A stretch of 64,000 nt of DNA from Candidatus Poribacteria bacterium (lineage in GTDB: Bacteria; Poribacteria; WGA-4E; WGA-3G). The stretch spans positions 3,712,001-3,776,000 of the forward strand of contig OZ242029.1 in NCBI GenBank assembly GCA_965205015.1, in the 5' to 3' direction. The position numbers and the translations under genes are program-made. The notes beneath the pieces are model-generated. The model made no database searches. It saw only the letters and a list, made by a program, of their open reading frames with translations, and was not told the DNA's origin. Shown here in pieces: positions 51,302 to 61,621 of this stretch (the first letter of the stretch is position 1; every line of letters begins with the position of its first letter).

Positions 51302-52276
51302 ATGACACAAGCCCCGGAACATCCGGCAGCGAGCAACCGACAGCAATACGATACTGTTTCAAAAGTCCTCATTCGTCAAAATCCCGACGACTGGGTCCGA
51401 TTTAGCCTCGGTATCCCAGATGCTATAGTGGTAAAGGTGCTTGAAAGTGAGCAGCCGACGGTCACATCTAACCGGGCAGATAGTTTCATACACGTGAAGG
51501 TTCGTGGCCAGGACCTCATTGTGCATTTAGAGATGCAGACGCACGACAGCACAGACGTGCCGATGCCCCGAAGGATGGCGGGTTATGTCGGTCGGGCGAT
51601 CGAATTCTTCGGGCTTCCGGTCCACTCACACGTTATCTATCTGCATCCGAGAGCTGGCAGCAGAGATCCCGGTGAATATAGGCAAAAGGTGCCGGGGTAT
51701 GAGATTCGCGTTCAGTATAAGGTTATCCGGCTGTGCGATTTAGAAGGCGAAGTGTTTCTATCATCTGGGATGAAGGGATTAATCCCGTTCACACCGTTGA
51801 TGAAACCTCCGATAGGTATGCCTTCAAACGACTGGCTTCGGGAATGTGTTCGGGTTGCGGAGTCTGTGCCGCAGGACGTGCCTGCAAAGGCGGATTATTT
51901 ATCAGATGTAGCGATTTTGAGCGGTTTAATATTTGATTATCCAACCATTCGTGAAACGATACGGGAGGCAATCATGCACGAATCATCAGTTATCCAACAT
52001 TTCTTGCAACAAGGCATAGAACAAGGCATAGAACAAGGCATAGAACAAGGCATAGAACAAGGCATAGAACAAGGGACGCGAAAAAGTCTTATTGAGAGTA
52101 TCCTCGAAAACTTGGAAATCCGTTTCAAGGTCTCCAACTTGCCAGTCGTGCGCGCAACGCTTGGAGATGTTGAAACGTTGCAGCAGCTGCGGCAATTGCG
52201 TCGCGAATCTCTGCAAGCACCGAGCCTTGATGCGTTCCGACAGGCTTTGGTTCGAAGCGTTAGCACCGGGGACTAA
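51302..52276 (+). CDS. Rpn family recombination-promoting nuclease/putative transposase
   Basis: YD...K, RADS...HLEMQ...MPRRM..Y motif and (QGIE)n C-terminal repeats. Confidence 0.85.
   Translation: MTQAPEHPAASNRQQYDTVSKVLIRQNPDDWVRFSLGIPDAIVVKVLESEQPTVTSNRADSFIHVKVRGQDLIVHLEMQTHDSTDVPMPRRMAGYVGRAIEFFGLPVHSHVIYLHPRAGSRDPGEYRQKVPGYEIRVQYKVIRLCDLEGEVFLSSGMKGLIPFTPLMKPPIGMPSNDWLRECVRVAESVPQDVPAKADYLSDVAILSGLIFDYPTIRETIREAIMHESSVIQHFLQQGIEQGIEQGIEQGIEQGIEQGTRKSLIESILENLEIRFKVSNLPVVRATLGDVETLQQLRQLRRESLQAPSLDAFRQALVRSVSTGD
52010..52074 (+). repeat. 12-bp coding tandem repeat, 5 copies
   Basis: CAAGGCATAGAA x5 plus a partial copy. Confidence 0.95.
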
Positions 52277-52367
52277 CGCATTTGATGCAGGTGGTTATAC
52301 ACTTAACCTAAGTCGCTACCTATCAGATTTTAACGATAAGAAAAAAATAGGTGAACAAGAATAAAAA

Positions 52368-55010
52368 ATGAAACGATTGATGCCGTTACGACTCATCGTT
52401 AGTATTGGGCTTATCGGTGCGGTTTTCTGCCAAGAAATTTTTGCCCAAGAAAACGCCGCTACTCGAAGGATGACAGCGACCCTATCCGGGAGTGTTATCT
52501 GGGAGGGGCATGACCTCTCCCACACGAGTGTCTCAGTCTACAGAGATGAGGCACTCAAAGTGTTGTATACCAGCGGGATTCCACAGCTCGGCGATGGGCG
52601 ATTCACGATTCGCGTTGAGCCGGGGCGCTACTATATCGTTGCCTACGTTGATGTAGATAAATCGGGGCAATTTGATGCGAGCGACGGTTTGGGTATCCTC
52701 GGTATCTCCGATTGGAACGACCAAGGGCAAGGGTACCAGTTAATTGCGGTAGATAACGGACAGAAGGTTCAGGGTTTAGAGATTCCGATAACGGCGCGTG
52801 CGGCACGTATTAAAGGGGAACTCAAAATTGTTTCAACTTCTCAATATGAACCGAGTCAACTCCAGCAATTCCAGACGGCTTTGCGGACCGCAACATCTGG
52901 GTGTCGCGGTTCACTCAAGTTAGGTCAAGGTCCTGTGAATCCGCAAGCCGGCCTTGGAAACCGAAAGGCATTGATTCTGGCGTATACGGATCTATCTTGG
53001 AAATATCGTGCAGGTATCGCCCCAGTGACGGATACAGGCGCGTGGGCGTTGAACCTGCTCCCAGGGAAGTATTACCTGATGGCGATTGTGGACAACAATA
53101 ACACGAACAAATTGGATACGGGTGATGACTTCGGGTTCTACGGTGTCGAAGATATGCGGAAGCGCGGCGAATTCCCTGAACCCGTGCTCATCTCACCGAA
53201 CAAGTTCACTGAAGATATTGAGATAGCGATTACGGCAACCTATCAGACACGTAGACGGACGGCGGCCGAAAATACGAGTATATTGACGGGACATGTATCG
53301 CTACCTGAAGATGCAACGGCACGTGTTGAAGTATACGCTGAACCTGCCCTCGTCACACCGGTTGCGAGCGGCGAAACAGCGGCTGGCGGTATATTCCGCA
53401 TCGCACTTCCGCCGGGGGAATACTACGTTATCGTTAATTCTGATGCAGATAAAAACGGTAGATACAGTGAAGGCGACGGCTTGGGCGGTTATGGGACAGT
53501 GGACATCACGACACAACCCCCGGCTCCGATCGTCCTTATGGAGGGCGAGAACCGAGACATCGAACTTGTGATAAGCGCGCGTTACGACACCAACGGACAC
53601 CTTCACGCGGCACCCCCCGGCATTGAAACACATATCGAACAGGGCAGGATCGCAGGACGCATAACGTGGGATGGGCATTCCGTTCAACAGGGCATTTTGA
53701 CCCTCTCTTATAGCCCCGACTTCGAGGCACCCATCGCCATGCCAATTTCTCTGAAAGGAGACGGTAATTATCAAGTGAGCGTCCTACCGGGTATCTACTA
53801 CGTTATGGCAGTGATGGATGCAAATGATGACGGAACAACGGGTATCACCGATGGGGTGGGTATCTATGGCACGCGTCGTCCTGCACGGGGTGAACCTATA
53901 GCGGTCGGTGTATTTCCCAGACAGACGACGGCACATATTGATATAGATATCCTTGCCAGTTACATCGACGAAAAGGGGAACATGGCGGAAATCGAGGACG
54001 GCGGACGTTGGGAAATCAAAAAACAGTATGGGGAACCTGAAGATATTTTTAGGCTCACTCGGAATGGACGCATGAACGAGGAGTGGAAATATTGGACAAA
54101 GGGCATCGGTTTTCTCTGGAGAGCCAACGGAGCGGGTTGGGAATTCGGTGATGAAGAGCGTTTTACGCCGAAAGATGGCATTACCGCAGCAGCGGTATCT
54201 TCAACGGGACAATTGCCGGCGCACATCTACTTTTCCTATGACGATATCATCTGGGGACTTGCCTCGGACGGAACCAATGCGCCATTGGGTGCCGGACATA
54301 ACCCATCCGTTGCGAACGATGGCACACTCATCTTTCAAGACAGGGAAGGAAACGTCATCGTCCGGAGTCGAGAGCATCTCAACGGTGCGCTGCTACTTGA
54401 CAGTCGACAGATGGCACGGGATGTGGCAATATCGCCCGATGCGGATTATGTTGCCTATGCGCGTCCTGAGTATGGAAATCGGAGTCGCGTTATCATCCGA
54501 CATATTCCGACGGAATCCGAGTTTATTGTGCCGTCAACGGCGTTACAAAGTTTTACACCGGCATGGAACAGCGACGGCACAGTGCTTGCTTACGTCACAG
54601 CGGGAACAATCGAAAATCCGGATGCCGAAAGACACGCTCGGAACATTTACGCTTTTGACCAAGTGACAAAAAGCGTAGAGCCGATTGTGGTGTCCCCTGC
54701 TGATGATACGGAACCGACATGGTCCCCCGCGAATCCGAACCAATTGGCGTTTACGAGAACAGAAGGCACCTATCCCCAGGTCTGGCTCATGACCTACTCA
54801 GATGTAGGGGAACCGACGGAGCGGCAGTTAACGCAAAAAGGTGGCTCGCATCCGGTGTGGGTGCCGCCGGAGGGACGCTGGATCCTCTACGAGAATAATG
54901 GACAACTCTGGCAGATTGATACGCAGAATCCGGAAACAACTGAAGCACCGATGATGTCCAACGGACAGGTTGTGTTTGGGCACGAACCCGCGGTTTTAGA
55001 TTTTAAATAA
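52368..55010 (+). CDS. Large secreted protein with four repeated beta modules and a C-terminal TolB-like propeller
   Basis: Signal peptide; four PGxYY...DxDxxG...D..G modules; PAWNSDG, PTWSP and PVW repeats. Confidence 0.7.
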   Translation: MKRLMPLRLIVSIGLIGAVFCQEIFAQENAATRRMTATLSGSVIWEGHDLSHTSVSVYRDEALKVLYTSGIPQLGDGRFTIRVEPGRYYIVAYVDVDKSGQFDASDGLGILGISDWNDQGQGYQLIAVDNGQKVQGLEIPITARAARIKGELKIVSTSQYEPSQLQQFQTALRTATSGCRGSLKLGQGPVNPQAGLGNRKALILAYTDLSWKYRAGIAPVTDTGAWALNLLPGKYYLMAIVDNNNTNKLDTGDDFGFYGVEDMRKRGEFPEPVLISPNKFTEDIEIAITATYQTRRRTAAENTSILTGHVSLPEDATARVEVYAEPALVTPVASGETAAGGIFRIALPPGEYYVIVNSDADKNGRYSEGDGLGGYGTVDITTQPPAPIVLMEGENRDIELVISARYDTNGHLHAAPPGIETHIEQGRIAGRITWDGHSVQQGILTLSYSPDFEAPIAMPISLKGDGNYQVSVLPGIYYVMAVMDANDDGTTGITDGVGIYGTRRPARGEPIAVGVFPRQTTAHIDIDILASYIDEKGNMAEIEDGGRWEIKKQYGEPEDIFRLTRNGRMNEEWKYWTKGIGFLWRANGAGWEFGDEERFTPKDGITAAAVSSTGQLPAHIYFSYDDIIWGLASDGTNAPLGAGHNPSVANDGTLIFQDREGNVIVRSREHLNGALLLDSRQMARDVAISPDADYVAYARPEYGNRSRVIIRHIPTESEFIVPSTALQSFTPAWNSDGTVLAYVTAGTIENPDAERHARNIYAFDQVTKSVEPIVVSPADDTEPTWSPANPNQLAFTRTEGTYPQVWLMTYSDVGEPTERQLTQKGGSHPVWVPPEGRWILYENNGQLWQIDTQNPETTEAPMMSNGQVVFGHEPAVLDFK

Positions 55011-55091
55011 TCGCTTCTTGACCGCTTTTCACTGGGGGAGGGGTTTGTAACCCCGATTCTCTTGGAAAAACGAATTAAAAGGGGCACGCAA

Positions 55092-56399
55092 TTGAATCGT
55101 TTAAAAATCTCTGTTTTCATATTAATATTGTGTTTGATGACGGTAAACGTGGCGGGTGCGGAATGGCTGCTGATACCGATGGAGATCGGTGCACAGACGA
55201 ACCACCTCAAGGCTTACGGGCTGACGTATTGGGCATTAGAGGTTCCGCGAGAGTACCGATGCTACTGGTGGCTGAACTATCGTGGGGGCGCGTTCGTCCT
55301 ACCCGACTCGCAAGACGTGCGGATACGCGCGGCGTTGATGGGGGTGCGCTTTGAACCGATAAACCACGCCGATTACCTCAGTATAAAGGAATCTGTTCTC
55401 GAAGGTAGCAACATGGACGAGATTCTCTTGGAGAAAGCTCCCAAAATCGCTGTGTATGCGCCATCAGAGGCATCGCCCTATCGGGATCCTTGGGACGACG
55501 CGGTCAAAATCGCCTTGGATTACGCACAGATTCCGTACGACGAAATCTGGGACAAAGAGGTCCAAAACGGCGTGTTAGAAATAGAGGGATACGACTGGCT
55601 ACATCTCCACCACGAGGACTTTACAGGTCAGCACGGCAAGTTCCACGCCGCATTTTCCACACAGGTCTGGTATCAGCAGCGGATGCTGATGTTTGAAAAA
55701 GCTGCCACAGCAGCAGGATTCCAACGGGTGGCGCGGCATAAAGGGCAGACGGCACAGATGATCTCAGACTATATCGTCAATGGTGGGTTTATTTTCGCCA
55801 TGTGTTCTGCCCCAGAAACCCTTGACATTGCTCTGGCGACACACGGTGGCGCAATCGATATCGTTGCGCCTGAATTGGATGGGACCCCGATTGATTCGGA
55901 TGCCCAGACGCGGCTCGACTTTCAGCGTACTTTGGCGTTTGAAAAATTTAGCCTTTACACGAACCCATACCGATACGAATTCTCGGACATAGACAACCCG
56001 AATCCTGATCGGGATGCCCAGAGCGGGGTCGAGGATTTCAAGCTCTTTGAGTTTGCCGCAAAGCACGACCCGATCCCAACGATGCTCACGCAGAATCACG
56101 TAAGTGTCGTGCCGGGGTATCTCGGACAGACGACATCGTTTAATATGGACAAGATTCGTGGCTCTGTCACCATCTTAGGGCAGGTGGAAGGTAGCAACTA
56201 CGCAAAATACATCCACGGCAAATTAGGGAAGGGAACCTTTACGTTCCTCGGTGGACACGATCCGGAGGATTACCGTCATCTTGTCGGTGAGGGAAAAATA
56301 CCGACGAATCTTGATCTGCACAAACATTCCCCCGGTTACAGGTTAATCCTGAATAATATCCTATTTCCGGCGGCGCGAAAGAAACCGCAGAAGACGTGA
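55092..56399 (+). CDS. Conserved secreted protein of the family often annotated 'asparagine synthetase B' (class I glutamine amidotransferase-like)
   Basis: LIPM..QTNHLKAYG, PWDDAV, DWLHLHHEDFTGQ, FAMCSA, GGHDPEDY, SPGYRLILNN. Confidence 0.6.
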   Translation: MNRLKISVFILILCLMTVNVAGAEWLLIPMEIGAQTNHLKAYGLTYWALEVPREYRCYWWLNYRGGAFVLPDSQDVRIRAALMGVRFEPINHADYLSIKESVLEGSNMDEILLEKAPKIAVYAPSEASPYRDPWDDAVKIALDYAQIPYDEIWDKEVQNGVLEIEGYDWLHLHHEDFTGQHGKFHAAFSTQVWYQQRMLMFEKAATAAGFQRVARHKGQTAQMISDYIVNGGFIFAMCSAPETLDIALATHGGAIDIVAPELDGTPIDSDAQTRLDFQRTLAFEKFSLYTNPYRYEFSDIDNPNPDRDAQSGVEDFKLFEFAAKHDPIPTMLTQNHVSVVPGYLGQTTSFNMDKIRGSVTILGQVEGSNYAKYIHGKLGKGTFTFLGGHDPEDYRHLVGEGKIPTNLDLHKHSPGYRLILNNILFPAARKKPQKT

Positions 56400-56420
56400 G
56401 AATGGTTATCGGTAAAAAAA

Positions 56421-58514
56421 ATGAAAACAGTTCTCGCAACGTGCAACCTGAATCAATGGAGTCTTGATTTTGAAGGGAACACGGCGCGCATCATTGAATC
56501 CATAGAAATTGCGAAAGAAGGTGGTGCTCGGTATCGGTTGGGACCGGAATTGGAGATTACGGGGTACTCCTGCGAAGACCATTTTCTGGAATTGGACACA
56601 CTTCTGCACAGTTGGGAATCACTGGCATGCATCCTTAAAAGCGGACGGACAGATGACATTCTGTGTGACATTGGGATGCCTGTTATGCATAAAAACGTCC
56701 GGTATAACTGTCGGGTTTTCGTATTAGATGGCAAGCTTCTGTTAATTCGTCCGAAGATGGTCTTGGCGAGCGATGGTAATTATCGTGAACATCGTTGGTT
56801 TACAGCATGGGAACGGGGGTGGACCACTGAACCGTATACACTTCCGCGCGAGATTGCCGAACTGACCGGACAGCGGGCGGTACCCATCGGCATCGCGGCG
56901 ATTGCCACCGCGGACACATGTTTGGCATCGGAGACCTGTGAGGAACTCTTTGTGCCGATGAGTCCACACATCCACTTCGGTAATGCGGGTGTCGAAATCA
57001 TAGCGAACGGATCAGGTTCTCACCACGAGTTACGGAAATTAGACACGCGCATCGCACTCATCAGAAACGCAAGTGCCAAAAACGGTGGGGTTTATCTCTA
57101 TGCCAACCAGCAGGGCTGCGATGGGGGTAGACTCTATTTCGACGGTTGTGCGCTGATCGCCCAGAATGGCGAGATTTTAGCGCAGGGTTCCCAATTCTCG
57201 CTCAAAGACGTAGAGGTCGTCACGGCGACGGTGGACCTCCACGACGTACGGGCATATCGTGGCGCGAAGGCGAGTCGGGCTGTACAGGCGAGCAAAATGG
57301 AACCCTTGCCACAGATAGATATTGACTTTGATTTTGGACCTGCGCACGGGAATAGGGTCCTGAACGTGAATCCAAAAATCGAGCCGCATACGCACGAACC
57401 CGAGGAAGAGATCGCCTTGGGTCCCGCCTGTTGGCTCTGGGATTATCTACGCAGATCGGGTGCGGCGGGGTATTTCATCCCGCTTTCAGGGGGTGCTGAC
57501 AGTGGTGCCGTTGCAACGCTTGTCGGTTCAATGTGTCAATTGGTGGCGAAAGCGATACGCGACACGGATGCCACGGTAATTCGCGATGTCGCGCGATGGC
57601 TGGACGCCGGTGAACCTCCGGACCTTTTCACGGATCCGCGCGTGCTTGCCAATCGGCTATTGTATACGTGCTACATCGGGACAGAGAATAGTTCTCGCGA
57701 CACCCAAAAACGCGCGAGGCAGCTTGCGGAACAGATCGGTGCCTATCATCTCAACATCAATATGGATGGACTCGTCAATGCACTGCAGAAGCTCTTTACC
57801 CGTATTACGCGGAAGACCCCTCGATTTAAGGTTGAGGGTGGTAGTTATAGAGAGAATCAGGCGCTTCAGAACATACAGGCACGGTTGCGGATGGTGCTGA
57901 GTTACCTGTTCGCGCAGATGATGCCGTGGGTGCGGAATCGGGAAGGCACGCTCCTCGTACTGGGGACGGGTAATGTTGATGAGGCATTGCGAGGTTACTT
58001 GACAAAATATGATTGCAGCAGCGGGGACATCAACCCGATCGGTGGGATTAGCAAACACGACTTACGCCGATTCCTGAATTGGGCTAAAGGTAACCTCGGT
58101 TATACGGTGCTCTCGGAAATTGTTGATGCACCACCGACAGCAGAACTGGAACCGATAACCGAAACCTATACGCAAACCGATGAAGATGATATGGGGATGA
58201 CTTACGCCGAATTGAGCCGTTTCGGTCAACTCCGAAAAATGGAGCAGTGCGGTCCTGTCAGTATGTTTGAAAAATTGGTACAGGAATGGGACCATCTGCC
58301 ACCGCACGAGGTTGCCGAGAAGGTCAAACGGTTCTTTAGGTACTACTCCATCAATCGACACAAAATGACGACGCTAACACCCTCCTATCATGCTGAATCT
58401 TATTCACCAGACGACAATCGCTTTGACCTGCGGCAGTTCCTCTACAATGTCCAATGGACGTGGCAGTTCAGACGTATCGATGCCTATGTTAAGAAGTTGG
58501 AGGCGGAGGTGTGA
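56421..58514 (+). CDS. nadE: Glutamine-dependent NAD+ synthetase, eukaryote-like
   Basis: Nitrilase domain ([18 protein letters not shown]) plus synthetase domain ([31 protein letters not shown]). Confidence 0.95.
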   Translation: MKTVLATCNLNQWSLDFEGNTARIIESIEIAKEGGARYRLGPELEITGYSCEDHFLELDTLLHSWESLACILKSGRTDDILCDIGMPVMHKNVRYNCRVFVLDGKLLLIRPKMVLASDGNYREHRWFTAWERGWTTEPYTLPREIAELTGQRAVPIGIAAIATADTCLASETCEELFVPMSPHIHFGNAGVEIIANGSGSHHELRKLDTRIALIRNASAKNGGVYLYANQQGCDGGRLYFDGCALIAQNGEILAQGSQFSLKDVEVVTATVDLHDVRAYRGAKASRAVQASKMEPLPQIDIDFDFGPAHGNRVLNVNPKIEPHTHEPEEEIALGPACWLWDYLRRSGAAGYFIPLSGGADSGAVATLVGSMCQLVAKAIRDTDATVIRDVARWLDAGEPPDLFTDPRVLANRLLYTCYIGTENSSRDTQKRARQLAEQIGAYHLNINMDGLVNALQKLFTRITRKTPRFKVEGGSYRENQALQNIQARLRMVLSYLFAQMMPWVRNREGTLLVLGTGNVDEALRGYLTKYDCSSGDINPIGGISKHDLRRFLNWAKGNLGYTVLSEIVDAPPTAELEPITETYTQTDEDDMGMTYAELSRFGQLRKMEQCGPVSMFEKLVQEWDHLPPHEVAEKVKRFFRYYSINRHKMTTLTPSYHAESYSPDDNRFDLRQFLYNVQWTWQFRRIDAYVKKLEAEV

Positions 58515-60112
58515 TGCAGCTGACTTCACAAAACAAAAAGGGAGAGATGGAAGGATGGAAGGATGGAAGAAAGGTGTCCCCAATTTTCCACCCTTCCACC
58601 CTTCCAATCTTTCTCTTGGCGTTCATGGTTATGCTGAGCACGGCGTTCGGGGCACCCGATGTTCCGTTGAATTTAGATGGTTGGGTGGCTGAGGCACTCG
58701 CGAAGTTGGAAACCGATGGTATCACAGGTGGGTTCCATCGACACACGGCACCGCTTTCAAGAGCAGACGTGGCAGCGGCGATACGACAGGCTGAATCGCG
58801 CATTCGCAGCGACGGTGTCGTTCTGTCAACGATAGATCGGAAACTCTTAGAAAAATTGAAACGGGAATTCGCGAAAGAACTCAGGGTTCACGACGGAGGG
58901 CGGATGCGATTCCTGCCACAACTTCGGATGATTGAAGAAAAAGCGGCTCCGGCGTTTGAATGGGGATTTCACTATACACTTGGGCAACTCGAAAAACGAG
59001 AAGCACCGCGTCTAACCCTCTACTCTGAATTTGAGGGACATAACTTTGAGAGTCCACCCCTGGACGGGAAGACAGCGGGTCAACGCCTTGAACGCTGGCG
59101 TGGAGACTACACTGGCGACTTCAAGAGAGGGTATCTCCAGGTCAATAGCGTACACCTCGATCTACTTGTCGGTAGAGATTGGCTTTTCTGGGGTGCGAGT
59201 CCATACAAAACGGTCGGCATCTCCGATCACTCGCCACCGTTTGACCAGGTCCGACTCACCAGTAGACTCGGAAAACGACTCAAGGCGACGGCTTTCACGG
59301 CACAACTCGATTCAACGTGGTACGATGATGGAGAAAAACGCTATCTCGCGAAACGTTATATCAGCGGACATCGACTCGATTACCAATTCAACGATCGCGT
59401 GGAAATCGGTGTTGCGGAGTGGATACTTTACGGTGGCGATGCCCAGACGCTTGAATGGAAATATGCAAACCCGATCACCCTCTATTATGCGCTACAATAT
59501 AATGCCAAAGCGGACGACAACGTTATGTTCGCCCTTGATGCGGCGATCCGACCGATTGATGGGGTGCGTTTGTATGGTGAATGGGTCATTGACGATATCC
59601 AATACGTTCCCGGTGCGAACGATCCACATGCAGTGGCGTGGCTTTTAGGGGCGACTTGGTATCCGCAATACTTGGGTCGGCACCTCGGAATTCACAGCGA
59701 ATACGCACGCGTCAACCGGTGGGCTTACACGCATTTGGTGCCGGATAATCAGTTCACACACTTCGGCTACGCAATCGGACATCCAATCAGCACGGATTCG
59801 GATACAGTCCGATTTTCAGCCACCTATCAATTGACTGTCTCCGTCGATGCAGAGATTGGCGCTGCGTTCACCCGGCAGGGAGAAGGCACAATCGCAGATC
59901 GGTTTTATGGGGAAGACTTCAGGGGGCTTCCCTTTCCGACGGGTGTTGTTGCAAGAACAACAGAAATTGGTGGGCGGTTCTCCTATCGTCCATTGAATGG
60001 ATGGAATGCCTCGTTCTTATACGTATGGCACTACACGCAGAATGCTGAGCATCGTAAAGGGATGACGCACCAAGAGCATCGGCTGGCGATTCAGATGGGG
60101 TATCTGTTTTAA
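58514..60112 (+). CDS. Capsule assembly Wzi family outer-membrane protein
   Basis: GRDWLFWG, SDHSPP, GHRLD, YGEWVIDD, GHP...DS; ends in Phe. Confidence 0.7.
   Translation: MQLTSQNKKGEMEGWKDGRKVSPIFHPSTLPIFLLAFMVMLSTAFGAPDVPLNLDGWVAEALAKLETDGITGGFHRHTAPLSRADVAAAIRQAESRIRSDGVVLSTIDRKLLEKLKREFAKELRVHDGGRMRFLPQLRMIEEKAAPAFEWGFHYTLGQLEKREAPRLTLYSEFEGHNFESPPLDGKTAGQRLERWRGDYTGDFKRGYLQVNSVHLDLLVGRDWLFWGASPYKTVGISDHSPPFDQVRLTSRLGKRLKATAFTAQLDSTWYDDGEKRYLAKRYISGHRLDYQFNDRVEIGVAEWILYGGDAQTLEWKYANPITLYYALQYNAKADDNVMFALDAAIRPIDGVRLYGEWVIDDIQYVPGANDPHAVAWLLGATWYPQYLGRHLGIHSEYARVNRWAYTHLVPDNQFTHFGYAIGHPISTDSDTVRFSATYQLTVSVDAEIGAAFTRQGEGTIADRFYGEDFRGLPFPTGVVARTTEIGGRFSYRPLNGWNASFLYVWHYTQNAEHRKGMTHQEHRLAIQMGYLF
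58542..58616. repeat. GGAAG/CTTCC palindromic element inside a coding sequence
   Basis: (GATGGAAG)3 ... (TTCCACCC)n arms; same family as 17778-17850. Confidence 0.7.
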
Positions 60113-60198
60113 TAGTTGTCAGTTATCGGTTATCGGTTATCAGTTAAAGAGGGATCTTGTCGCACCAAACCCTCTCTTGGCTGACAACTAACAACCAT
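60112..60198. repeat. Heptamer-based palindromic intergenic element
   Basis: GTTGTCA GTTATCG GTTATCG GTTATCA GTTAAAGAGGG ... CCCTCTCTTGG CTGACAA CTAACAA. Confidence 0.7.
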
Positions 60199-60213
60199 TT
60201 TGGGTGAACAGAA

Positions 60214-60885
60214 ATGCGGCGTAAACGGACACTTATTCTTATTCTCGCAACACTCGCTTTAATCCTCGGCCTCGGTTTGGTTATTAGCGTTCCGTTGGAC
60301 CTGCGGTTGCTTGTGCTGACCCCGAAGATGCTCAAGTATAAGGAGTTGATTCAGCGACACGCCACGAAAGAAGCATTGGACCCTCGACTGATTTGTGCCT
60401 TGATTGTGCAGGAATCTGGGTTTGACGAAAGGGCAGAAAGCGCGGTGGGCGCGCTGGGGTTGACACAATTGATGCCGACTACGGCGAAGGAACTCGGCGT
60501 GCAAGACCCGTTTGATGCGGATCAGAACATTGCGGGTGCGACGCGTCATCTACGGACGTTGTACAATGTTTTTCGAGAAAGCCCACACGAACATCGGCAT
60601 CGGTTAGTATTGGCGAGTTATAACGGAGGGCTCGGACGGGTTCGCGATGCCCAAGCACTTGTTCGTTACCATAAGGTGGGAGATCCGCTTCTCTGGGAGC
60701 CCGTGCGTGTTACGCTCAGCCAATTGACGAAACAGCACACCTCGATGCATCACGGGGTTTGGAAAGGCGACAAACCGCCCCACGGCTATTTTGAAGGTGC
60801 CAACCAGACATTGGCACACGTAGAACGGGTGATGCACTACTACGCACGCATCCGTTTCTATGAGAGGTTGCTGTTTTTCCTCTAA
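60214..60885 (+). CDS. Lytic transglycosylase (SLT domain)
   Basis: QESGF...AES.VGALGLTQLMP.TA, QNIAGA, ASYNGG. Confidence 0.88.
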   Translation: MRRKRTLILILATLALILGLGLVISVPLDLRLLVLTPKMLKYKELIQRHATKEALDPRLICALIVQESGFDERAESAVGALGLTQLMPTTAKELGVQDPFDADQNIAGATRHLRTLYNVFRESPHEHRHRLVLASYNGGLGRVRDAQALVRYHKVGDPLLWEPVRVTLSQLTKQHTSMHHGVWKGDKPPHGYFEGANQTLAHVERVMHYYARIRFYERLLFFL

Positions 60886-60889
60886 AACG

Positions 60890-61339
60890 TCAAGCCCGAT
60901 GGAAGATTTCATCTAACTGCTTGGAACGGTAAGCAAAAATTTTTTGTATATCTGGACGCACGAAAAATTTATCAACGAGTCCACCACCCCACACCGCATA
61001 TTCGACCACATCCCCCACAACAACACCTTCCTCAGTTTCATCAAAGGTATGCGCATGTCGCCAGAGTCGATACGGACCCCGACGTTGTTCATCTAAAAAA
61101 CTGTGAGGCGGATTCCACTCGGTAATCTCGGTCTGCCAGCGGATTGGGAAGCCGTGTAGTTTCAACCGATAGTCGATACGCGTTCCAACAAACATTTCAA
61201 TCGGTGCGGGGGTTAGGATTTCTAAGTTGACCCATGGCGGCGTAATTGCAGCAAGGTTATGTGCATTGGAGAAGAATTCAAAAACTTCTGGCAGTGGCTT
61301 CTTAATTGTTCGTTGTGATTTAAAAAGGAACGTTTTCAT
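60890..61339 (-). CDS. SRPBCC family protein
   Basis: VFEFFS...NL..ITPP, F.DEQRRGPY..WRH.HTF, IFAYR. Confidence 0.82.
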   Translation of the reverse strand: MKTFLFKSQRTIKKPLPEVFEFFSNAHNLAAITPPWVNLEILTPAPIEMFVGTRIDYRLKLHGFPIRWQTEITEWNPPHSFLDEQRRGPYRLWRHAHTFDETEEGVVVGDVVEYAVWGGGLVDKFFVRPDIQKIFAYRSKQLDEIFHRA

Positions 61340-61621
61340 TTTTTTTGCTCCTATTTTTGTATATTTACGCAAGTTGCCACTTATTTATAGACATAGCACG
61401 CCTCATGAAGATTAAGAACTTAATCGGGTAATTTTTACCGAATTTACGGAGCTGGATTCGTCTGCGTTATCTGACCCGATCAAGGAAATTTGGTCGTCCT
61501 CATCAAGAACAAAAAGGTAAGTTTGTAGCACTAAGGCCCCAAAAGTATTCGTGCCTCTGCAAGCCATTGTGATCTTGTCGTATTGCTTTCCATAAAGAGA
61601 GGAGGTTAAGTCTCAGTTTTT

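Noticed and set aside
59031-59648. 205-aa alternative-frame ORF within the Wzi-like gene, and other shadow ORFs
   Set aside because: Fully nested in well-supported genes, with no motifs or RBS.
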